Shown here: positions 8,879 to 17,872 of the stretch, in pieces
How positions within the stretch are numbered: position 1 is the stretch's first letter
How the letters are laid out: the number at the start of each line of letters is the position of its first letter
NCBI GenBank assembly: GCA_003565715.1
Contig: PXAV01000019.1
Coordinates: forward strand, 1 to 39,008
Length of the DNA: 39,008 nt
Reading direction: 5' to 3'
DNA from: Methanosarcinaceae archaeon
Lineage (GTDB): Archaea; Halobacteriota; Methanosarcinia; Methanosarcinales; Methanosarcinaceae
Notes under the pieces: generated by a model
Databases searched by the model: none
The model's input: only the letters and a program-made list of their open reading frames with translations
What the model was told of the DNA's origin: nothing
Program-made: the position numbers and the translations under genes

Positions 8879-9622
8879 TCAGGGCATATCGATAACCATT
8901 CCGTCATATGCTAGGGGGTATTCTATGGATGCTTCATCATGTGGCTTGAAGAAATGGCTAAGGTGTGTGAATATAACCTTCTTTGCCTTTATTGCATTTG
9001 CAAGATCAAGTGCTTCTTCTGTGTTCATGTGCTTTTTTACTTCCACGCTGGGGGGAACTATAGCATCTACGATTAAAAGGTCCGGTTCCATTATGGTCTC
9101 TATGCTTCTTTCTGATAGATCCCTCTGTGTATCTCCTGTGATAACCACTTTTGTAATGTCATCCTGTATCATCACACCCACTGATCTTTTTAGAGGAGGA
9201 TGCACCACTTCAAAAAGTGTGAACTTAAGTCCTATTAGCTCAAAAGGGATGTAGAGTTCTCTTTCATGTTTCCTGGGTCTTAGGAACTGGAGATAATCAA
9301 GTATATACTCAAGGGTATGTTTTAAGCCATAGACATCAACATTATACTGTACTCTGTGAAACTCTGCAAAACCTGCAAAATGGTCATAGTGTCCGTGAGT
9401 CCATATAACTCCATCAATATGCTTTGTTCCATTTTTCAGCAACTGGCAGCGCAGGTCTGGCCCTGTATCTATGAGTACACCCCCCGAATGCGATTCTACA
9501 AGGACCGCACATCTTGTTCTCTGACTTTTTCCCCCCTTACGGGCATCCTGGCATGTCAGGCAATTGCAACCAATTACAGGTGTTCCAGTAGCATCTCCCG
9601 TTCCAAGAAGTGTGATTCTCAT
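8879..9622 (-). CDS. MBL-fold metallo-hydrolase, PhnP/YcfH-like phosphodiesterase family
   Basis: MRITLLGTG, PVIGCNCLTC, IDTGPD, THGHYDH and THLSH motifs. Start placed at ATG 9622 rather than 9709 to avoid a long overlap. Confidence 0.88.
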   Translation of the reverse strand: MRITLLGTGDATGTPVIGCNCLTCQDARKGGKSQRTRCAVLVESHSGGVLIDTGPDLRCQLLKNGTKHIDGVIWTHGHYDHFAGFAEFHRVQYNVDVYGLKHTLEYILDYLQFLRPRKHERELYIPFELIGLKFTLFEVVHPPLKRSVGVMIQDDITKVVITGDTQRDLSERSIETIMEPDLLIVDAIVPPSVEVKKHMNTEEALDLANAIKAKKVIFTHLSHFFKPHDEASIEYPLAYDGMVIDMP

Positions 9623-9650
9623 GACTAATCCTGAAATATCATTGAGCTTT

Positions 9651-10922
9651 TCATTCTTCATATTCGTTTGTCTTAATGACAGCCCTTTCATCAAAGGTGG
9701 CAACAGCATTTAACATATCTTTTTGAGTAAGTTCCGTTCTCTCAGTGACAAGTGCACTAAGGACCCCCTCTCGGATTACCATGCGAAGATCAGATCCAGT
9801 ATATCCATGTGTCAGTGATGCTATTTCTGCTGTATCAAAATCACCTTTGATCTCTTTTGTGACAATGTCAAGAATCTTCTTACGCATCTCAACATCTGGC
9901 AGGGGAAATTTCATAATATCATCAAAACGTCTCCATGCAGCAGAATCCAACATCTTTGGGTGATTGGTTGCTGCAAGAAGAAGCACACCATCTGTGGTAA
10001 GGCTGATATTGTCAATAGCCTTTAGCAGTGTGTTAACTGCTCTTTTGAGGGCTGCATGTTCATCAGATGAACGGGTCTTTGCAACAAAGTCAAACTCATC
10101 AATAAAAAGGATACATGGGCTTAGTTTTTTGGCAAGTGAGAAAACCCTGTCTATGTTCTTTGCAGTTTCTCCAAGGTACTGGTCAGTTATCATTGAAAGC
10201 CTTACTTCTACAAACGGAATAGAAAGATGTTCAGACATTGCTTTTGCAAGGGATGTCTTTCCTGTTCCCGGGGGTCCGACCATCAGGATCTTGCCTACAT
10301 CATAAAGTCCTATGTGCCTGAGATAATCCCGATATTGTATTGCCTTTACGATCTTTTTTGTTTCTTCTTCCTGTTCATGGGTAAGAACAAAATCCTTAAT
10401 TGTCTGTCTGGTATCCTCCGGTGCACTTATGTGTGCCAACTTGAGCATATCAGATCCGCCCTCTTCTTTTTCAATGTCAGCTATAAGGGATTCTATCCAT
10501 TCTCTGTCTACTTCCTTTGGTCGTACCTTCGATCTCGCACTGTTATAATCAGCTCCAATGATGCTTTTTTTCTCGAAATAGAACGCAAGAACGGGATTAT
10601 GTGACATTTTTTCGCAACTGGTATCATTTTTCTGAAACCAGTCTGCAGCAACATCCAAGGCTGTGATCTTTGTCGAGAACTCAATATCATCTATATCTAT
10701 AAAAGGAAGAGACCGAATCTTACTGCTGGCAATATCAGCACCAGACAGCTTCTCAATATCTTTTACAGTAACTCTTATGGGTTTTGGAACTGTTCTATGT
10801 TCTCTGCTCCAGTAATGCTTGCGTATATCCTTTGGCAGGTCATTTACATCCATATCTGGATATTTGTTATATATTTGTGCTGTGAGAAGCAGCTCCACAA
10901 TATCAAGGGTTATATCAGACAT
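9651..10922 (-). CDS. Single-domain AAA+ ATPase with uncharacterised N-terminal region
   Basis: Walker A GPPGTGKT, Walker B LFIDEFD, SRH ATNHPKMLDSAAWRRFD, lid GYTGSDL. Confidence 0.9.
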   Translation of the reverse strand: MSDITLDIVELLLTAQIYNKYPDMDVNDLPKDIRKHYWSREHRTVPKPIRVTVKDIEKLSGADIASSKIRSLPFIDIDDIEFSTKITALDVAADWFQKNDTSCEKMSHNPVLAFYFEKKSIIGADYNSARSKVRPKEVDREWIESLIADIEKEEGGSDMLKLAHISAPEDTRQTIKDFVLTHEQEEETKKIVKAIQYRDYLRHIGLYDVGKILMVGPPGTGKTSLAKAMSEHLSIPFVEVRLSMITDQYLGETAKNIDRVFSLAKKLSPCILFIDEFDFVAKTRSSDEHAALKRAVNTLLKAIDNISLTTDGVLLLAATNHPKMLDSAAWRRFDDIMKFPLPDVEMRKKILDIVTKEIKGDFDTAEIASLTHGYTGSDLRMVIREGVLSALVTERTELTQKDMLNAVATFDERAVIKTNEYEE

Positions 10923-11080
10923 ATTTATACCAGGTAAAAAATATTCAATTGAAAGTGATTATTAAGACATTACTTATTATACATCTTTTTAGATATATTT
11001 TTTGTACACTTATGCGGAAGATGCCAAATGTTTAGATTGTTATTACCAATCTCATGTATCTTCTCATATAGTGTACCAGT

Positions 11081-11587
11081 TCAAACTATCTTTACATATC
11101 CTTTTGAAGGTGAATATATCTCTCCAGCCAGAAACAGGCGTGTTAGCATTTCTTCGAATTTTCTTTCCGGGACATCTCTCTCAAGGGCCATTTCTTTAAG
11201 CTTTTCATAGCTCATTAGTTTATTGTTTTGATAGAGTATCTCACGTATCACTTCAGCTGTTTTTTTTGTAGCAGCAGGTATTTTTCTGCTATTTATGGAA
11301 CAGGCCTTGGAATCATCCATATCTTTTCCAAAAACGCTATATTTTTGCTCTGATCCTTTGTTGTTAACAGACGTTCCAATATGTTTTTTTTTCTCAACTA
11401 TTCTGGCCTGTATGTGTGTTCTGGCAGATATTGCTTCACTAAGCTCTTTTGATGTGAATAATATGCGCAGTCTTTTTGTGTAAAGTGTTGCGTTACATCT
11501 TTTGCATTTGATTGTCTTTGAACTATCCAATTCAGTTATCTGTGCATGTTCCCTGCATTTAGTGCATACTACTACTCCATATCCCAT
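11081..11587 (-). CDS. Zn-ribbon plus C-terminal winged-helix protein (DUF1922/DUF5817-like)
   Basis: YGVVVCTKC and CKRC Cys pairs; C-terminal ...LFLAGEIYSPSKGYVKIV. Start placed at ATG 11587. Confidence 0.65.
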   Translation of the reverse strand: MGYGVVVCTKCREHAQITELDSSKTIKCKRCNATLYTKRLRILFTSKELSEAISARTHIQARIVEKKKHIGTSVNNKGSEQKYSVFGKDMDDSKACSINSRKIPAATKKTAEVIREILYQNNKLMSYEKLKEMALERDVPERKFEEMLTRLFLAGEIYSPSKGYVKIV

Positions 11588-11649
11588 CGGCAACTTTTTA
11601 GTGTGTATCCTATAAATAATAGTCACTAGTATGCTATAAAGGAATCATA

Positions 11650-12081
11650 ATGGTAAAGATGATCAGAAGAGCACTTATTTCGGATATACCTGATGTGGTA
11701 GAGATAGAGGACAATTCGTTCAGAGTTCCATGGCCGGACTTTCTTTTCAAGTCTCATCTGAGCAATCCGGGGTTTTTGGTATATGATGATGGAAAAGTAC
11801 TTGGTTATATAATAGTAGGCTCATCGGAAGATAAGAGAAAAGCTCATCTTCAAAGTATTGCTGTTCAGAAAAATTATCGTCGGCAGGGTATAGCAAGCAA
11901 ACTGATGGACTGGTGTATCGATCTTCTGAGGCTGTATGGCTTTGAAAGGATTGTTCTGGAAGTGCGGGAAAAAAATATACCTGCACGCTACTTTTATTTA
12001 AGCAAGGGTTTTAGCATAGACGGGATAACAGAGGGATATTATTATGATGACAATGCTATTTTAATGGGCAAAGACCTTTGA
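11650..12081 (+). CDS. rimI: RimI-like GNAT N-acetyltransferase
   Basis: SIAVQKNYRRQGIA, LEVREKN, FYLSKGF and GYYYDDNAILM motifs. Confidence 0.85.
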   Translation: MVKMIRRALISDIPDVVEIEDNSFRVPWPDFLFKSHLSNPGFLVYDDGKVLGYIIVGSSEDKRKAHLQSIAVQKNYRRQGIASKLMDWCIDLLRLYGFERIVLEVREKNIPARYFYLSKGFSIDGITEGYYYDDNAILMGKDL

Positions 12082-12111
12082 ACGTATATTTGTTGTATTT
12101 TACTATTTCAA

Positions 12112-12777
12112 CTATTTTCCAAACCTTCTCTGACGCTTTTGAAAATCCCTTACTATCCTTAGCATATCCAGTTTTCTGATACTATGCCAGTTCACATCAG
12201 TGAAATAGTATTCCGAATATATTGACTGCCATATCAGAAAGTCTGACAGATGTTTTCCTCCGGAACGAATGAATAGATCTGGCTCGTGTTTAACTACCAG
12301 ACGTGACTCGATATCTTTCTCACTTATCTGCGAGGGCTTTATCTTCCCTTCTTTGACTTCATGCAGTATCGAAGTAACTGCCATTGTTACTTCTTTGCGT
12401 CCTCCAAGATCTACTGAAATATATACCTGGAGCTCATTCCCATACTTTTTTGTGCAAAGCTTCCCGTTTTCCCGATATAGCTCATATCCAACACCCTTTT
12501 CATCTCTGGAAAGAAAATCCTGAAGCTTTATTATTATCTTCTCTATCATTTTGGATTTGAGCTCTTCTTCTGTATCAAGTACATCTATATGGATGCTTGT
12601 GACCCTTACGCCTATCTGCATACACCAGGATATGTATTCGTTGAGATGTTTGAATCCTTCTTTTTGTAGAAGATCGCTTTCTGAAAGAACAAGGGATATA
12701 TGTTCTGGTGCAGGGTATTTTCTTACCTGTTCCAACAGGTATTTTTCATACAGCGAATTTACAATGTTCATGTACAC
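12112..12777 (-). CDS. cis-prenyltransferase (UppS) family protein, probably non-catalytic subunit type
   Basis: PEHISLV, EPDLFIRSGGKHLSDFLIWQSIYSE and C-terminal RRFGK; lacks the DGNxR motif. Confidence 0.85.
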   Translation of the reverse strand: MYMNIVNSLYEKYLLEQVRKYPAPEHISLVLSESDLLQKEGFKHLNEYISWCMQIGVRVTSIHIDVLDTEEELKSKMIEKIIIKLQDFLSRDEKGVGYELYRENGKLCTKKYGNELQVYISVDLGGRKEVTMAVTSILHEVKEGKIKPSQISEKDIESRLVVKHEPDLFIRSGGKHLSDFLIWQSIYSEYYFTDVNWHSIRKLDMLRIVRDFQKRQRRFGK

Positions 12778-12796
12778 TAGATATTCTTTGGTTATT

Positions 12797-13981
12797 CTAT
12801 TTTGCAGTTGACACTATCTTTATAACGTCACCATTACTAAGCTCATGTTTTTCTCCAAGTCGCATCTTTGTCTTTGCATCTACTGCATAAAGGAACCTTT
12901 CCCCTATGTCTGAGTGTACCTTGTAGGCAAGATCATGGGCACTTGAACCCTTCTTCATAAGATATGCATCCGGTAAAACCCTGCCGTTTTTATCTGTCCA
13001 TTTTCCTTCGTCCTCCACAGGATAAACAACAATGAGGTCAAGTAGTTTAAAAACAGCTTTGTTGATACATTTCTGAACGCCTGTGCCATCCAAATGTTTT
13101 ATTAAATCATGAACACTTTCAAGTCCTTTTTTCTGGACAGGACTAAGTTCTTCAGATATTATTACAAAATCACCATCACCGGGTTCGTAGCTTATTGCCC
13201 TGCCTTTTACTGCTGACCTTAATGCAAGCTCTGCTGCAGCACTTGTAGATACTACTATCTGATCAAGTTCAAGAAGGCCTTTTAAAAAATTTTCAGGGGC
13301 TATATCTGCTTTATTGGCGCAGATTATCATTGGTTTGCTCATTAAACGGATGGTATCACAGAGCATTATAAGGTCTTCCTCTGACCATTTTGTATGATGT
13401 CCTCTGTCAAGCTTACATTCGTTAAGCGCACAGTTGATATGTGCTTCATCTACTCCTGCCCCGGCAAACTGGTCTGCAAGCACGCGTTCTATCTTCAGTC
13501 CTTCTCCCTGGATCTTACGTGCCAGTCTCTCCCAGTTGCGCTTAAGTATGCTAAACATCCACATTGTAATTTCGCGATTCAGAAAATCAATATCTTCCAG
13601 AGGTTCATGGTCACCTATGTCCACGGGGTTGCCTTCAATATCAGTACCTCCGGAGGCATCTATTATGTGGATTATAGCCTGTGCCTGTCGTAACTCATCC
13701 AAAAACTGGTTTCCAAGTCCGCGTCCCATATGTGCATCAGGAACAAGGCCAGCAATGTCTATGAGTTCAATAGGTATGTAACGTATTCCATCTGAACAGT
13801 TTCCGCAACGCTTATCGCGATCCATACAAGGGCATGTACTTCTAACATATGCTACACCTTTGTTTGCGTGTATGGTTGTGAATGGATAATTTGCTATCTC
13901 CACATCTGCCATTGTAGCCGCCTTAAAAAATGTGGATTTCCCTGCACTGGGTTTTCCTGCAAGTCCTATTGTCATTGACAT
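12797..13981 (-). CDS. ychF: Obg-family YchF-like NTPase with TGS domain
   Basis: GKPSAGKST, YPFTT, DIAGLV, GLGNQFL and ANKAD motifs plus C-terminal TGS domain. Start placed at ATG 13981. Confidence 0.9.
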   Translation of the reverse strand: MSMTIGLAGKPSAGKSTFFKAATMADVEIANYPFTTIHANKGVAYVRSTCPCMDRDKRCGNCSDGIRYIPIELIDIAGLVPDAHMGRGLGNQFLDELRQAQAIIHIIDASGGTDIEGNPVDIGDHEPLEDIDFLNREITMWMFSILKRNWERLARKIQGEGLKIERVLADQFAGAGVDEAHINCALNECKLDRGHHTKWSEEDLIMLCDTIRLMSKPMIICANKADIAPENFLKGLLELDQIVVSTSAAAELALRSAVKGRAISYEPGDGDFVIISEELSPVQKKGLESVHDLIKHLDGTGVQKCINKAVFKLLDLIVVYPVEDEGKWTDKNGRVLPDAYLMKKGSSAHDLAYKVHSDIGERFLYAVDAKTKMRLGEKHELSNGDVIKIVSTAK

Positions 13982-14064
13982 GTTCAGTAATGATCCTGGT
14001 AACATTTAACTCTTATTGATTACCCATCTATGTTGTGGAACAAAGGACCTAAAGGGCTTTGACC

Positions 14065-14079
14065 AATAATCTTTATATG
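14065..14079 (+). promoter_or_regulatory. TATA box of tRNA-Arg
   Basis: TTTATATG at 14072-14079, about 30 nt upstream of the tRNA. Confidence 0.6.
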
Positions 14080-14108
14080 AAAGAAAGACATTAGAGCATC
14101 AATCAAGT

Positions 14109-14180
14109 GTCCCGGTAGGGTAGCGGATATCCTTGAGGCCTGCGGAGCCTTAGACCCGAGTTCGATCCTCGGTCGGGACG
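14109..14180 (+). tRNA. tRNA-Arg (GCG)
   Basis: Acceptor GTCCCGG/TCGGGAC, anticodon arm GAGGC-CT-GCG-GA-GCCTT, T-arm CCGAG-TTCGATC-CTCGG; CCA not encoded. Confidence 0.93.
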
Positions 14181-14204
14181 TGTCTTCTTACATAATATCA
14201 TTCC

Positions 14205-14290
14205 ATAGTAATAACAATAACAATATAATAATAACAATACAATAGTAATAACAATACAATAATAATAATAACAATATAGTAATAATAATA
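14205..14290. repeat. Degenerate low-complexity tandem repeat of AAT/AAC/AGT units
   Basis: About five imperfect copies of a 15-20 nt unit such as agtaataacaatacaat. Confidence 0.8.
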
Positions 14291-14440
14291 CCACAAGGAT
14301 TAAATTTTACTTTTACGCATGGTCACATTTGTCCTTTGTGCTATATGTATACTGATCAACAAGTGTATAAATACTTATTTATATTATTAAATTAAATAAA
14401 AAAATGAATATATAATATCTTGTGGATTCGAGGGGAATCT

Positions 14441-14596
14441 ATGAAAGAACAGGATGAAAAGAAATTTGTGGAATTCAGAGAGATGTTCTGCAGATATCTG
14501 GAAACAGATGATCTTTCTGAACAGGAGTTCGAACTTAGGTGCGACATGATAGACTTTGTGAAGAATGCGTGTATACAGACGCTGGTTTCATATTGA
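14441..14596 (+). CDS. Small acidic hypothetical protein, 51 aa (not in ORF track)
   Basis: MKEQDEKKFVEFREMFCRYLETDDLSEQEFELRCDMIDFVKNACIQTLVSY*; SD GAGGGG at 14430-14435; AT-rich TATA-like region upstream. Confidence 0.6.
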   Translation: MKEQDEKKFVEFREMFCRYLETDDLSEQEFELRCDMIDFVKNACIQTLVSY

Positions 14597-14767
14597 TATA
14601 ATAAGATGCTTATGGGCTTGAACTTGTAAAATGTCCTGTGGCTGCAGCAAGTTTAAGCTACCATAACTATTTTTCTCTTTTATTGTTCATTTTCCATTGC
14701 CTTTGGGCAATACTTATTTGTATGTACTCCCTTTTCTGAATATGGGTCAAGAACTTAGGTGTAAAAT

Positions 14768-15178
14768 ATGCAGGAAATAAAAATATATGCTGATAAAATA
14801 AACAATGGTATATTCCGTTCTTCTGATATCTCTCTTTTAGAGAAGATCCTGAACCAGAATGCAAGGGCAGGGCGAATTAAGTTGTCAAAAGAAGACCTGC
14901 GCATGTTCCAGATATATGCCTTCGCTTTGCAGCAGCTTGAACTCGAAGAAGGCTCATCTTCACATGATGTCTATAAAGGAGATTGGAGGCAAACAGTTGA
15001 TGATCTATCCCAACTCAAGTATTTTATAGACGTTATGGAAGAGAAAGGTGTTATATCCAATGTAGCATGGAATGTAAGTGGAATGGCAATCTTTGATATA
15101 CCAGATAAAAAAATCTATCGTGAGTATATATATTCTATTATAATCAATCATCTCAATAAACTGTGTGAAATACAGTAA
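14768..15178 (+). CDS. Hypothetical protein, 136 aa
   Basis: SD-like AGGTG at 14757-14761, globular-protein composition, no motif recognised. Confidence 0.65.
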   Translation: MQEIKIYADKINNGIFRSSDISLLEKILNQNARAGRIKLSKEDLRMFQIYAFALQQLELEEGSSSHDVYKGDWRQTVDDLSQLKYFIDVMEEKGVISNVAWNVSGMAIFDIPDKKIYREYIYSIIINHLNKLCEIQ

Positions 15179-15439
15179 TGTATGCTTCTGTTAAAATGAC
15201 TAAATAGTTCTCATTATTAATATCCATGAGCATGCTCGTGTTTTCTTCACATGTTTAATATTATGCAACAATGATGTTGCAAATTCCTTATTCTTTCCTA
15301 TGTTTTACTGTGAACAACCCGGGATACAGTTATCTTTATATAGAACTGCCTGCATTTAGATTGCGCAGTAAGAGTATTCGTACTCAACATTTGACATTAA
15401 TTCTATTGTAGAACATTGTGATCATTAGGAGGTTATAAA

Positions 15440-17062
15440 TTGGCAGGACAGCCTACGTACGCTTTAGGGAACAGAACAAATAAAGCCCGCACCAGGGATG
15501 CACAGAGCATTAACATACTTGCAGGAAAAGCAGTCGCAAAAGCGGTCAGGAGTACCCTTGGACCCAAGGGTATGGACAAGATGCTTGTGGATTCGCTTGG
15601 GGACATAGTTATCACAAACGATGGTGCAACCATTCTCATGGAAATGGATATCGAACACCCGGCTGCAAAAATGGTAGTAGAGGTAGCAAAGACGCAGGAC
15701 GATGAGGTTGGTGACGGAACTACTACTGCAGCAGTACTCACTGGGGAACTTCTGACAAAGGCAGAGGAGCTCATAGACAAAGGAGTTCATCCAACTATCA
15801 TAGCAACAGGTTACAGGCATGCAGCAAAGAAAGCTGTTGAAATGTTAAAGACTATAGCCATAGATGTTTCCAGGGATGACAGGGAAACCCTGAGTAAAAT
15901 TGGAAAAACTGCACTTACAGGCAAAGCTGCAGGAGAATACAAAGATTTCCTGGCAGATATCGCTATAGATTCAGTACTTTCAGTTGCTGAGGAAACCGAT
16001 GAGGGACTTAAGGTCGATGTTAACGATATCACTATCGAGAAACGCGAAGGTGGAAGCATACTTGACACTGAAGTTATCAAAGGACTTGTAATTGATAAAG
16101 AAAGGGTCAGGTCCAATATGCCCCGTAAGGTAGAGAACGCAAAGATCCTTCTTGCAAGCTTTGGTATAGAGTTCCAGAAGATCGAGAAGGATGCAGAGAT
16201 CAAGATAACATCACCTGACCAGATGCAGCTATTTGTGGAACAGGAAGAGAAAATGGTCAAGCAGATGGTTGATAAGATCGTTGCCAGTGGTGCAAACGTT
16301 GTCTTCTCCCAGAAAGCAATTGATGATCTTGCTCAGTACTATCTTGAGAAGGCCGGAATATATGCATGCAGAAGGATTAAGAAAAGTGATCTCGAAAAGC
16401 TTTCAAAGGCAACAGGTGCAACTCTTTTCCAGGATGTCACAGATATAAGGTCAGAGGACCTCGGGTCTGCTGAACTTGTAGAGGAACGTGATCTTCACGG
16501 ATCAAAGATGACCTTCCTCCTTGGATGCAGGGAAGAAAAGACGGCATCATTGATGCTTCATGGTGGTACTGCCCACATAGTTGATAGTCTGAATCGTGCC
16601 CTTCATGATGCATTGTGTGTCATTGGCGTGGCCTTGGAAGATCAGAATGTTGTCGCAGGTGGGGGATCACCAGAAATAGAACTTGCATTAAGGCTGAGGG
16701 ATTACTCCTCGTCACTTAAAGGTAGAGAACAACTTGCAGTAGACAAATTTGCAGAAGCTCTTGAGATAATACCCCAGACACTTGCTGAGAACGCAGGTCT
16801 TGACCCAATAGACAAGTTAGTGGACCTGCGATCACAGCATGAGCAGGGTAATATGCACATGGGTCTAGATGTCTTTACCGGAAAGGTGGTGGACATGCAC
16901 AAGGCTGGTGTAATAGAGCCATTAAGGATAAAGACACAGGCCATCAATGCAGCCACAGAGGCAACTGTTATGATTCTGCGGATCGATGATGTTGTAGCTG
17001 CAGGCAACAAGGGTGGGGCAATGCCACCAGGAATGCCGAACCCTGATATGGATATGGAATGA
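15440..17062 (+). CDS. Thermosome subunit (group II chaperonin)
   Basis: [26 protein letters not shown] and GGGSPE motifs; TTG start with SD GGAGGT; Gly/Met/Pro-rich tail. Confidence 0.97.
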   Translation: MAGQPTYALGNRTNKARTRDAQSINILAGKAVAKAVRSTLGPKGMDKMLVDSLGDIVITNDGATILMEMDIEHPAAKMVVEVAKTQDDEVGDGTTTAAVLTGELLTKAEELIDKGVHPTIIATGYRHAAKKAVEMLKTIAIDVSRDDRETLSKIGKTALTGKAAGEYKDFLADIAIDSVLSVAEETDEGLKVDVNDITIEKREGGSILDTEVIKGLVIDKERVRSNMPRKVENAKILLASFGIEFQKIEKDAEIKITSPDQMQLFVEQEEKMVKQMVDKIVASGANVVFSQKAIDDLAQYYLEKAGIYACRRIKKSDLEKLSKATGATLFQDVTDIRSEDLGSAELVEERDLHGSKMTFLLGCREEKTASLMLHGGTAHIVDSLNRALHDALCVIGVALEDQNVVAGGGSPEIELALRLRDYSSSLKGREQLAVDKFAEALEIIPQTLAENAGLDPIDKLVDLRSQHEQGNMHMGLDVFTGKVVDMHKAGVIEPLRIKTQAINAATEATVMILRIDDVVAAGNKGGAMPPGMPNPDMDME

Positions 17063-17070
17063 TCGATTAG

Positions 17071-17130
17071 TGCAGGAATAACCCTGCACATTTAACTTTA
17101 TTTGTATTCAAGCACAATTTTTTTCATTTT
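17071..17130 (+). terminator. Short hairpin plus T-rich tract after the thermosome gene
   Basis: tgcagg-aataac-cctgca (17071-17088) followed by T-runs. Confidence 0.45.
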
Positions 17131-17190
17131 TTATCACGTTTTTCCAGGATATACATGTTCTATTTTTCTGTGATACCTATCAGACATAAG

Positions 17191-17235
17191 TTTTATATTT
17201 AATGTAAACCTTGCATAGGCACAATTGTTAACATA
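17191..17235 (+). promoter_or_regulatory. TATA box plus BirA-type operator
   Basis: TTTTATAT at 17191-17198, then aaTGTAAAC-N17-GTTAACAta (17201-17235), upstream of bioY. Confidence 0.7.
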
Positions 17236-17319
17236 TATGCTTTACTATATGCTCTTGTCTGTTGATAAGAGGAAAAATCATTTTTTACTACAATCACTTA
17301 ATTTATTATAGGTGTTGAT

Positions 17320-17862
17320 ATGAAAGATGAATTGAATTACGACAAAAACAAGATAAGGATGATGGTATTCGCATCCATGTTCGCTGCTATGATGGCAGTT
17401 GGGGCATACATAAAGATACCTTTACCTATGAGTCCTGTTCCTGTCACGCTTCAAATACTTTTTGTATTATTGGCAGGAGCAATGCTGGGTGCAAGGTGGG
17501 GAACAATAAGTGTTATAGTCTATCTACTTCTTGGGATTGCAGGATTGCCAGTATTTTCAGGTGGTAGCTCCGGCCTGGGTATGATATTTGGCCCTACAGG
17601 AGGTTATCTAGTGGGCTTTATAGCTGGTGCTTTTTTTGTAGGGGCTCTGTGTGATCGGTATGGAAGAAAGCATTTCCATATGAATGCCATCTTCATGCTA
17701 CTGGGGCTTTTATTCATATATCTGTTTGGTATAATACAGCTCATAAACATTGCAAACCTAACTCTTTCTGAATCGCTGGCTATAGGTTTTGTTCCCTACG
17801 TACCGGGAGATATTCTCAAACTGCTGATATCTGCATTTGTAGCATCCAGATACTCCATTTGA
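17320..17862 (+). CDS. bioY: Biotin ECF transporter S-component BioY
   Basis: PVPVTLQ, YLLLGIAGLPVFSGG, GPTGGYLVGF and PGDILK motifs. Confidence 0.95.
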   Translation: MKDELNYDKNKIRMMVFASMFAAMMAVGAYIKIPLPMSPVPVTLQILFVLLAGAMLGARWGTISVIVYLLLGIAGLPVFSGGSSGLGMIFGPTGGYLVGFIAGAFFVGALCDRYGRKHFHMNAIFMLLGLLFIYLFGIIQLINIANLTLSESLAIGFVPYVPGDILKLLISAFVASRYSI

Positions 17863-17872
17863 TGTGTTTTAT

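Noticed and set aside
14205-14290. CRISPR array
   Set aside because: Units are contiguous and low-complexity, with no unique spacers and no cas genes. The same applies to 38874-38913.
14103-14294. 63-aa Tyr/Cys-rich minus-strand ORF
   Set aside because: Antisense translation of the AAT repeat and tRNA-Arg, not a credible protein.
14109-15300. Integrated element at tRNA-Arg (or tRNA-Pro)
   Set aside because: No integrase or transposase, and I found no duplicated tRNA 3' end (att site) in the window.
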